Of a stretch of DNA of 33,257 bases, positions 24,579-32,076 are shown piece after piece. Source of the stretch: a virus. Lineage: Duplodnaviria; Caudoviricetes. The stretch is taken from IMG/VR virus record IMGVR_UViG_3300031944_000028, positions 1-33,257 of that record; one strand, 5' to 3'. The translations under genes and the position numbers were made by a program. The notes beneath the pieces were generated by a model. That model did no database searches. It saw only the letters and a program-made list of their open reading frames with translations, and had not been told where the DNA came from. Every line of letters begins with the position of its first letter. Positions within the stretch are counted from its first letter, which is position 1.

Positions 24579-24934
24579 GGGCGGGAGCGAAGGGCTGGCT
24601 GCTGGCGCTGGGGCTGCTGGCGGCGGTGGCCGTGCCGTCGGATACCCCGCCGGCGGACGCCTCCCCCACGGGGGTGGACGCCATCGAGTACGGGATCGCG
24701 CAGGGGCTGCCCCGGGCCTGGGCGTACCGGGTGGCCTGGTGCGAGAGCAGGTACGACCCGGGCGCCTACAACCGCTGGTCGGGCGCGTCCGGGCTGTACC
24801 AGTTCCTCCCCACGACCTGGCGGAACACGCCGCAGGGGCGGGCGGGGTTGTCCCCCTTCGACCCCTACGCCAACGCCGAGGCGGCGGCGTGGCTGTACCG
24901 GGTCGGCGGCCCGGGTCACTGGGCATGTCGCTGA
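24575..24934 (+). CDS. Secreted lytic transglycosylase (SLT/Rpf-like)
   Basis: Signal-peptide-like N-terminus; CES catalytic motif, SGASGLYQF..TW, DPYAN, terminal W.C. Confidence 0.8.
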   Translation: MRAGAKGWLLALGLLAAVAVPSDTPPADASPTGVDAIEYGIAQGLPRAWAYRVAWCESRYDPGAYNRWSGASGLYQFLPTTWRNTPQGRAGLSPFDPYANAEAAAWLYRVGGPGHWACR

Positions 24935-25197
24935 TGGACGCCCCGGGGTTGCTGTGCTGCGACTTCGGCTCGGACACCCTGCGCCGCTACCGAGAGCCCC
25001 CGCCGTACGCCTACACCGACCACCTGGGCTTCCGCTACCGGCTGTGCGCGCGGCACCACGCCGGTTTCGTGGCCGCCCTGGAGCGCATCAGCCAGGCGGG
25101 CCGGGAGGGCGGGCGCCACCCGGTGGCCCGGGGGCGCGTGCTGCGGCGTATCCTTGCGGAAGAGTCGGTCGAGGATGCCCGGGTTGACGGCCGCTGA
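24934..25197 (+). CDS. Hypothetical protein
   Basis: TGATG coupling; 87 aa. Confidence 0.55.
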   Translation: MDAPGLLCCDFGSDTLRRYREPPPYAYTDHLGFRYRLCARHHAGFVAALERISQAGREGGRHPVARGRVLRRILAEESVEDARVDGR

Positions 25198-25522
25198 GCA
25201 CCGGCTGGCCCAGCGGGAGGCGCGCACCTTCCGCAACGCCTGGGCCCGGCGCTGGCTGCGCACCCACGCCGAAGCCGTCGCCTGGTGCGAGGCCCTGGGC
25301 GCCACCCGCCGCACCGCCGAGGCGAACGGGCAGCTGTGGTACATCGTGACCGTGCCCGGCTTCACCCGCTGCCCCGGCTACGGGCGCACCCTGCCGCAGG
25401 CCGTGGAAGCCCTGGACGCCAACATCGCCAACTTCTGCGACCACGGGTCTACGAAAGGCCCCGGCGGGGCGAACATCGGCCCCCTGTGCGAGCGACGGCG
25501 TATCCTGAGGGCGAGGACGTAG
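25175..25522 (+). CDS. Protein with HicB-like domain
   Basis: WYIVTVPGFTRCPGYGRTLPQAVEAL matches the HicB-type partial RNase H motif. Confidence 0.5.
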   Translation: MPGLTAAEHRLAQREARTFRNAWARRWLRTHAEAVAWCEALGATRRTAEANGQLWYIVTVPGFTRCPGYGRTLPQAVEALDANIANFCDHGSTKGPGGANIGPLCERRRILRART

Positions 25523-25529
25523 GGGACGG

Positions 25530-25889
25530 ATGAGCCTGGCCGCGCCGGAGACTGAGAACAGTCTCGTAACAGTCTCGGAGCGCAAGCCCTGGCAGTTCAA
25601 GCCGGGGACGTCCCCCAACCCGGGCGGGCGGCCCAAGAGCCTGTCTTCGCTGGTGCGGGAGCAGACGAAGGACGGGCAGGAGCTCGTGCGCTTCATGCTC
25701 GGCGTCCTCCGGGGCCGCAAGACGCCGCTGCGCTACCGCCTGGAGGCCGCCGCCTGGCTGGCCGACCGGGGCTTCGGGAGGGTCGCTCAGCCCATCACCG
25801 GCGAGGAGGGCGGGCCGCTGCGCTTCACCCTGGTGCTGTCGGCGGCCGGGGCGCCGGTCGAGGACGAGGATGGGCGCGGCGGCGGCTGA
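25530..25889 (+). CDS. Terminase small subunit (DUF5681-like)
   Basis: QFKPGTSPNPGGRPK motif, LADRGFGRVAQPITGEEGGPL; directly before the large terminase. Confidence 0.75.
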   Translation: MSLAAPETENSLVTVSERKPWQFKPGTSPNPGGRPKSLSSLVREQTKDGQELVRFMLGVLRGRKTPLRYRLEAAAWLADRGFGRVAQPITGEEGGPLRFTLVLSAAGAPVEDEDGRGGG

Positions 25890-27087
25890 GGCGTCCGCGC
25901 CCCGGGTCGCCGTCTACGAGCGCCCCGCGCTGTACCCCCAGCAGGAGGCGGCGCTCTTCAACCCCGCGCGGTACGCCCTCGTGGAGGCCAGCTCCAAGAG
26001 CGGCAAGACGGTGGGCTCGATGGCCTGGCTGCTCGAGGAGGCGCTCGTCCACCGGGGCGGCCCGGGGCGCCAGTTCTGGTGGATCGCCCCGGTGTACGCC
26101 CAGGCCCGCATCCCGTTCCGGCGGATGAAGCGGGGCCTGCCGCCGGCGGCCTACGTGGCCAACGACGGCGAGCTCACCCTCACCCTCCCCAACGGCTCGG
26201 TGCTGGCGTTCAAGGGGGGCGACCACGCCGACAGCCTCTACGGGGACGACGTCTGGGCGGCGGTGGTCGACGAGGCGAGCCGGGTCAAGGAGGAGAGCTG
26301 GCACGCCCTGCGCTCGACCCTGACCCACACCCGGGGCCCGGTGCGCCTCATCGGCAACGTCAAGGGGCGCCGCAACTGGTTCTACCAGCTCTCCCGGCGG
26401 GCCGAGGCCGGGGAGCCGGGCATGAGCTACGCCCGGATCACGGCCCACGACGCGGTGGGCGCCGGCGTGCTGAGCCGGGACGAGATCGAGGACGCCCGGC
26501 GCACCCTGCCCGAGGCCGTCTTCCGGGAGCTCTACCTGGCCGAGCCCAGCGACGACGAGGGCAACCCGTTTGGGCTGGACGCCATCCGCCGCCAGGGGGC
26601 GCCCATCACCGCCGGCGCCCCCGTCGCGTTCGGCGTCGACCTGGCCAAGAGCGTGGACTGGACGGTGGTGGTGGGGCTCGACGCCCAGGGGCGCTGCTGC
26701 CGCTTCGAGCGCTTCCGGGCCCCGTGGGACGAGACCACCGCCCGCGTGCTGCGGGCGCTGGGCCGCACGCCCGCCCTCTGCGACGCCACGGGCGTGGGCG
26801 ACCCGATCGTGGAGCGCCTGCAGCGCAGCGGGGCGAACGTGGAGGGCTTCCTCTTCAGCAGCCCGAGCAAGCAGTCCTTGATGGAGGGGCTGGCGGTGGC
26901 CATCCAGCAGGGCGAGGTCACCTACCCGCCCGGGCCGATCGTTTCGGAGCTGGAGGCCTTCGAGTACGAGTACACCCGTACGGGCGTGCGCTACCGGGTC
27001 GCCGAGGGGCTGCACGACGACTGCGTCTGCGCCCTGGCGCTGGCGGTACGCTGTCGGGGACAGGGGGGCACGACGCAGTTCTTCTGA
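25870..27087 (+). CDS. terL: Terminase large subunit
   Basis: Walker A ASSKSGKT, WWIAP, Walker B AVVDEA, nuclease FGVDLA, DATGVG, HDDCVCALAL. Confidence 0.93.
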   Translation: MGAAAAEASAPRVAVYERPALYPQQEAALFNPARYALVEASSKSGKTVGSMAWLLEEALVHRGGPGRQFWWIAPVYAQARIPFRRMKRGLPPAAYVANDGELTLTLPNGSVLAFKGGDHADSLYGDDVWAAVVDEASRVKEESWHALRSTLTHTRGPVRLIGNVKGRRNWFYQLSRRAEAGEPGMSYARITAHDAVGAGVLSRDEIEDARRTLPEAVFRELYLAEPSDDEGNPFGLDAIRRQGAPITAGAPVAFGVDLAKSVDWTVVVGLDAQGRCCRFERFRAPWDETTARVLRALGRTPALCDATGVGDPIVERLQRSGANVEGFLFSSPSKQSLMEGLAVAIQQGEVTYPPGPIVSELEAFEYEYTRTGVRYRVAEGLHDDCVCALALAVRCRGQGGTTQFF

Positions 27088-27097
27088 TGGAGACCGT

Positions 27098-28666
27098 ATG
27101 ACGTCCGCACCGCGCCTGCTGCCCCCCGACTGGCGCCGCGACCCGGTCGCCGCCGGCATCCTGCTCTCCCGCGCCGCCCCGCCGCTGCCGCCCGCCGAGC
27201 GCAAGGAGCTGCCCCCCTTCTGGCCGGGGGTGCCGCCGCAGCCGGGGCCGGGCCTCTACCAGCGCTTCCTGCCCGACTCGCTCCCCACCTGGGTGCCGGC
27301 CGCCCCCAGCAGCGCCGGCGCCGCGGCCAACAGCGCCGTCTTCGCCTGCCTGAACGTGATCTGCACGGCGTTCCCGGAGCCGCCCCTGCGGGTCTTCCGC
27401 CGGCAGACGATGGGTGAGCCCAAGTTCCTGCCCGAGCACCCGCTCCAGGGGCTGCTCGAGCGCCCCAACCCGTTCCACTCCGTCTCGGAGCTGTGGTACT
27501 GGGTGGAGTTCGCCAAGCACGTCCACGGCAACGCCTACCTCGAGAAGGTGCGCGCCGGCGACCCGGCCGGGGGCAACGTGGTGGAGCTGTGGCCGCTCTC
27601 CCCCACCCGGGTGCAGCCGATCACCACGCCCGAGGACCGGCGGGCGGGGGTGTTCATCTCCTGGTACGAGTACGAGACGGAGCCGGGCAAGCGGCGCCGG
27701 CTGCGCCCGGAGGACGTGATCCACTTCCGGCTGGGGCTGGAGGACGCCGACCACCGGCTGGGCTGCTCGCCCCTGCGGCGCCTGCTGCAGGAGGTGGCCA
27801 GCGACGACGAGACCACGCGGTTCATGCTGGCCCTGCTGGCCAACTTCGCGGTCCCCGGGCTGATCGTCACCACGCCCGACCGCACGCTCTCCCAGGAGGA
27901 CGCCGACCGGCTCAAGCAGAACATCGCCACCCGCTTCAGCGGCGACAGCCGGGGCACCGTGGGCGTGCTCAACAACGGGGCGACCGCCGCCCAGTTCGGC
28001 TTCTCCCCCGAGCAGCTGGACCTCAAGGCCCTGCACCGGGTGCCCGAGGAGCGCATCTCGGCGGTCATGGGGGTGCCGGCCATCGTCGCCGGCCTGGGCG
28101 CCGGGCTCGACCGGAGCACGTACAGCAACGTCCGGGAGGCCCGGGAGATGTTCACCGAGACGAAGCTGGTGCCGCTGTGGAACGACGACGCCGGCACCGT
28201 CAACCTCCAGCTGCTGCCCGACTTCGACACCAACCGGCGCACCTTCTGCAAGTTCGACCTCACGGACGTCCGCGCGCTGCAGGAGGACGAGGACAAGAAG
28301 TACGCCCGGCTCGACCTGGGCGTGCAGCACAAGTGGATCACCGTCAACGAGGCCCGCCAGGACGTGGGGCTGCCCCCGGTGGAGGGCGGGGACGACCTCA
28401 CCCCGCCCACGCCCCCGGCGCTGCTCCCCGGCGGGCCGGGGGCGCTGCCGGACGGCCAGGCGGGGCAGCGGCGCCTGCCCCCGCCGGCGGACGGTGCGGC
28501 GAAGGCGCTGGCCGACCTGGAGACGAAGGCGGTCGCCGTCCCGGCCCTGCCGGCCATGCTGGACGCGGTGACGGCGATGGCCCAACCCGGCCTGCGCCGG
28601 GCGCTGGAGGCGTACTTCGCCGCCCAGCACCGCCGGGTGGTCGACGCCGTGCTGCGGGAGGGGTGA
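27098..28666 (+). CDS. Portal protein (HK97 family) with C-terminal extension
   Basis: NSAVFAC, HPL..LL.RPNP, HGNAY, ELWPLSP, DVIHFR, G.SPL, TYSN, ITVNEARQ..GLPP.EGGD. Confidence 0.93.
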   Translation: MTSAPRLLPPDWRRDPVAAGILLSRAAPPLPPAERKELPPFWPGVPPQPGPGLYQRFLPDSLPTWVPAAPSSAGAAANSAVFACLNVICTAFPEPPLRVFRRQTMGEPKFLPEHPLQGLLERPNPFHSVSELWYWVEFAKHVHGNAYLEKVRAGDPAGGNVVELWPLSPTRVQPITTPEDRRAGVFISWYEYETEPGKRRRLRPEDVIHFRLGLEDADHRLGCSPLRRLLQEVASDDETTRFMLALLANFAVPGLIVTTPDRTLSQEDADRLKQNIATRFSGDSRGTVGVLNNGATAAQFGFSPEQLDLKALHRVPEERISAVMGVPAIVAGLGAGLDRSTYSNVREAREMFTETKLVPLWNDDAGTVNLQLLPDFDTNRRTFCKFDLTDVRALQEDEDKKYARLDLGVQHKWITVNEARQDVGLPPVEGGDDLTPPTPPALLPGGPGALPDGQAGQRRLPPPADGAAKALADLETKAVAVPALPAMLDAVTAMAQPGLRRALEAYFAAQHRRVVDAVLREG

Positions 28667-28667
28667 C

Positions 28668-28874
28668 GTGCCGACCGGCGTGGACTGGATCGACTACATC
28701 GCTGGGCACCCCGAGCGGCTCCCGCGCACCGGCGGGGTGACGTGGGGCGACGTGCCCCCTGACGAGTATCAGCGGGTGACCCGGAACTGGCGCCGCTGGC
28801 AGCGCCGGCGGGGGCGGCGCGGCGCGGCCCGGCCGGTGACGCCGAAGGTGCGTGAACCCGGGGAAGCGGACTAG
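28668..28874 (+). CDS. Hypothetical basic protein
   Basis: GGAGG RBS; 68 aa; between portal and the MuF-like gene. Confidence 0.55.
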   Translation: MPTGVDWIDYIAGHPERLPRTGGVTWGDVPPDEYQRVTRNWRRWQRRRGRRGAARPVTPKVREPGEAD

Positions 28875-29464
28875 TGCGCCTCGAGGACGTCTACGACGAC
28901 GAGGCGGAGCAGGAGGCGCTGGCCGCCATCCTGGACCCCCGCTACGTCGGGATGCTCGCGGCCGCCCACGAGGCGGTGGGCTCCGCGCTGGCCCCGTTCC
29001 TGGGCTTCGACGCCGAGGGGTTCCGGCTGGACGACGCGGCGACGCGGGCCCTCCTGGCCGAGTCGGCGGAGCGGGTGGTGCTCATCACCGCCGCCACCCG
29101 CGACGCGCTGCGGGCGCAGCTCCGGGAGGGGCAGCGGCGGGGCTACTCCGCGCACGAGGTCGCGTACGGCGTGCCGGCCGAGGGCTACCGGGGCGTCGAC
29201 CACCTCTTCCGCACCACCTGGAAGGGCCGGGCGGAGACGGTCGCCCGGACGGAGCTCGCCCACGCCCAGAACGTCGCCAGCCTGAACCGCTACGCGGCCA
29301 CCGGGCTGGTGGAGGCGGTCGAGATCGTCGAGCATAACGACACCGACGCGCCGTGCGCCGCCCGCAACGGGCGGGTCGTGCCCCTCTCGCAGAAGCCGGG
29401 CCTGCTGCACCCCAACTGCCAGATGGGGCTGATCCCCCGGGTGCGGACGGACGCCCTCCCATGA
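28874..29464 (+). CDS. Head morphogenesis protein (MuF / SPP1 gp7-like)
   Basis: RAETVARTE, C...NG, LHPNC motifs. Confidence 0.8.
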   Translation: MRLEDVYDDEAEQEALAAILDPRYVGMLAAAHEAVGSALAPFLGFDAEGFRLDDAATRALLAESAERVVLITAATRDALRAQLREGQRRGYSAHEVAYGVPAEGYRGVDHLFRTTWKGRAETVARTELAHAQNVASLNRYAATGLVEAVEIVEHNDTDAPCAARNGRVVPLSQKPGLLHPNCQMGLIPRVRTDALP

Positions 29465-30576
29465 GCCTGATCCTGCCCGGTCGGGCGGCGCCCCGGGTGC
29501 TCGTGCTGGTGCCGGACGCGAGCGGGTGCGCCGCCTACCGCGCCTTCCAGCCGGTGGCGGAGCTGCAGCGCCAGGGCGCCCCGGTCGGCGCGGTGGAGTG
29601 GGGCTGGCACACCGACGCCGACTTGGACAAGATCTTCCTGGCCTTCGACGCGGTGGTGCTGGCCCGGCTGCGCTGGGACGCCCCCTACCGGGAGTTCGGG
29701 CGGCGCTGGGTGGGCGCCCTGCACGCCGCCGGCCTGTTCGTGTGGTACGAGGTGGACGACGACCTCTTCAGCCCCTGGATCGTCCGGCAGCAGCTGCGCG
29801 GGGGCATCCTCCCGGACGAGAGCCCGGCGGTGAAGGAGCTGCACCGGCGCTCCCGGATCGACGCCCTGCAGCTGTGCGACGGCGTGACCGTCACCAGCCA
29901 GCGTCTGGCGACCGTGGTGCGGCAGTACACCGACGCCCCGGTGGAGGTGGTGCCCAACGCGCTGGACCGGCGGCGGTTCAAGGCCGTGCTCGCCCTGGCC
30001 GGGCCCCGCACCGTCCCGCCGCTGACGGTCGGCTGGGCCGGCGGCGCGCGCCCGGACGCGGACGTCGAGCCGATGGCCTGGGCGTGGGGCCAGCTGGCGC
30101 AGCGCCACCCGGAGGTCACGTTCGTGGTGCAGGGCCACCAGCCCCGGCCCGTCTACGAGCAGGTGCCCCCGCACCGCGTCCGGGCCATCGACTGGCTCCC
30201 CCTGGAGGCGTACCCGCTGGGGCTGCGGGAGGTGGACGTCGCCTGCTGCCCCCTGGCGGACGCGCCGTTCAACCGCTGCAAGACCCCGATCAAGGCGTGG
30301 GAGGCGGCGGCGTGCGGGTCGGCGGTGGTGGCCTCCCCCACCATCTACGGGCAGACCATCGCCCACGGGGAGGACGGCTACCTCTGCGCCACCAAGGAGG
30401 ACTGGCTCGGCGCGCTCGAGCGGCTGGTGGCGGACGAAACCGAGCGGCGCCGGGTGGCGCGGAACCTGCGCCGGCGCGTGGCCGCCGAGCACAGCCTGGA
30501 GGGGAACGCCTGGCGCTGGCCGGCGGCCTGGAGCCGGCTGGCCGTGCGCGCCCGCGAAGGCCGGCGGGCGGCCTAG
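29461..30576 (+). CDS. Glycosyltransferase (GT-B, family 4-like)
   Basis: ATGA coupling; SGCAAYR, YEVDDDL, VVPNALD, VGWAGG, PL.D.PFNRCKTPIKAWEAAACG..VVAS. Confidence 0.88.
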   Translation: MSLILPGRAAPRVLVLVPDASGCAAYRAFQPVAELQRQGAPVGAVEWGWHTDADLDKIFLAFDAVVLARLRWDAPYREFGRRWVGALHAAGLFVWYEVDDDLFSPWIVRQQLRGGILPDESPAVKELHRRSRIDALQLCDGVTVTSQRLATVVRQYTDAPVEVVPNALDRRRFKAVLALAGPRTVPPLTVGWAGGARPDADVEPMAWAWGQLAQRHPEVTFVVQGHQPRPVYEQVPPHRVRAIDWLPLEAYPLGLREVDVACCPLADAPFNRCKTPIKAWEAAACGSAVVASPTIYGQTIAHGEDGYLCATKEDWLGALERLVADETERRRVARNLRRRVAAEHSLEGNAWRWPAAWSRLAVRAREGRRAA

Positions 30577-30951
30577 ATGGGCGACTTCAAGCCGCTGCCG
30601 GCGTTCTACCTCGACCCGACGCTGTCGGACGAGGAGCTGCAGACGGTGCTGGTGCGGCAGGCGGAGGCCAAGTACCGCGAGTGCGTGGCCGACCGGGAGG
30701 ACTGGGAGGCCGAGCTGCGCCGGCTGCGCGACCGCCTGCCCGCGCTCACCACCGCCGCGGAGTGGGCCGCTTTGCGGGACGAGGCCGGGGCGGTCGGGGA
30801 GGCGCTGGTGGAGGCCCGGCGGGTGGAGGCCGGGGCGGCGCAGTTCCTCGCCGACGCGCTGGCGGCGCTGGAGAAGTACCGAACGCCCCCGCCCAAGGTC
30901 ACGCGCCGGCCGCGGCGGCGGCTGAAGCGGCCGGGGGGCGGCGGTGGCTGA
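30577..30951 (+). CDS. Hypothetical coiled-coil protein
   Basis: 124 aa, helical, basic C-terminus. Confidence 0.65.
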   Translation: MGDFKPLPAFYLDPTLSDEELQTVLVRQAEAKYRECVADREDWEAELRRLRDRLPALTTAAEWAALRDEAGAVGEALVEARRVEAGAAQFLADALAALEKYRTPPPKVTRRPRRRLKRPGGGGG

Positions 30952-31138
30952 CCGGGCGTCCGACCTGGCCCTCGTGCGCTACGCCCGGGCCAGCGCCGGC
31001 ACCGGCGTGGTGGACGGCCGGGTGGTGGAGAAGGCGGTGCGGTGCAGCGGCTGCGGGCAGCGGCTGGCCAACTACGCCGCCCGGCCCTACGAGTTCTACT
31101 GCCGGAAGTGCAAGGTCGCGCTCAAGAGCGGCCCGTGA
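30944..31138 (+). CDS. Mu Com-like zinc-finger protein
   Basis: VRCSGCGQRLA...EFYCRKCK spacing matches the Com-type zinc ribbon. Confidence 0.65.
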   Translation: MADRASDLALVRYARASAGTGVVDGRVVEKAVRCSGCGQRLANYAARPYEFYCRKCKVALKSGP

Positions 31139-31168
31139 TTGACACCCCGACTCCCGGCGGCGTAGAGT
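31139..31168 (+). promoter_or_regulatory. sigma70-type promoter for the protease-capsid operon
   Basis: TTGACA-N18-TAGAGT. Confidence 0.7.
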
Positions 31169-31210
31169 AAGCCCACTCCGGTCGCGGTCTGTCGTCGTCG
31201 CTGCCGCTCG

Positions 31211-31243
31211 GTGCCCCTCGTGGCCTAGGCCATAGAGGGGCAT
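31211..31243 (+). promoter_or_regulatory. Leader hairpin sequestering the protease RBS
   Basis: TGCCCCTC (31212-31219) pairs with GAGGGGCA (31235-31242), which contains the SD 8 nt before the TTG start. Inner TGGC-ctag-GCCA stem-loop. Confidence 0.65.
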
Positions 31244-31248
31244 CTGCG

Positions 31249-32076
31249 TTGTCCGAGCCACTCGCCCAGGCGGCCCAGGAATACTCCCTCCCCCTGCCGA
31301 TCCTCGACCTGAAGGAGGCGCCCGCCGGCGACGGCACCGCGCCCGCCTACGAGGTGGAGGGCTACCTCGCGGCCTTCAACAACCGCGACCTCGGGGGCGA
31401 CGTCGTCCTGCCGGGCGCGTTCGACGCCAGCCTGGCCGCCGGGCACAAGGTGCGGTTCCTGCGGCAGCACGACCACAGCAAGGTGCTGGGCACGGTCCTC
31501 GCCCTGAAGGCGGACGCCCACGGGCTGCACGGCCGCTTCAAGATCTCCCGCACGCCGCTGGGCGAGGAGACCTACCAGCTGCTCAAGGACGGGGCGCTGG
31601 ACTCCTTCAGCATCGGCTACCTGCCGGACGAGGCGGAGCACAAGGACGGCGGCGTCCGGGAGCTCAAGCAGGTCACCCTCTTGGAGGCGTCGGTCGTCTC
31701 CCTGCCGATGAACCCCCGCGCCCTGGTGACCGCCGTCAAGGCGCACCCCAACGGCGCCGCCGACGTGCCCTTCGACGCGCTCTGGCAGCAGCTGCGCGAC
31801 GCGTTCGTGTCCCTCACCGCCGGCGTCGCGGAGGCGAAAGCCCTGCGGGCCCGGCGCCAGGCCGGCGGGCGGGAGCTCACCGGCCGGCACCTGGAGCAGT
31901 TGTCCCGCACCCTGGAGGCCGCGGAAGCCACCCTCACGGAGCTGCGGTCCTTGGCGCAGGCGCCCCCCGCGGGGCCCCCGCAGGCGAAAGCCGCGGGGGC
32001 CGACGGCGTGCGCCTGCGCCTCGAGCTGGCCCGGCGCCGCCTCCAGCGCGCCGGCGTCCTGGAGCGACCCGCATGA
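31249..32076 (+). CDS. HK97-family prohead protease
   Basis: EGYLAAFNNRDLGGDVVLPGAF, LRQHD, FSIGY, LLEASVVSLPMNPRA. Confidence 0.93.
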   Translation: MSEPLAQAAQEYSLPLPILDLKEAPAGDGTAPAYEVEGYLAAFNNRDLGGDVVLPGAFDASLAAGHKVRFLRQHDHSKVLGTVLALKADAHGLHGRFKISRTPLGEETYQLLKDGALDSFSIGYLPDEAEHKDGGVRELKQVTLLEASVVSLPMNPRALVTAVKAHPNGAADVPFDALWQQLRDAFVSLTAGVAEAKALRARRQAGGRELTGRHLEQLSRTLEAAEATLTELRSLAQAPPAGPPQAKAAGADGVRLRLELARRRLQRAGVLERPA

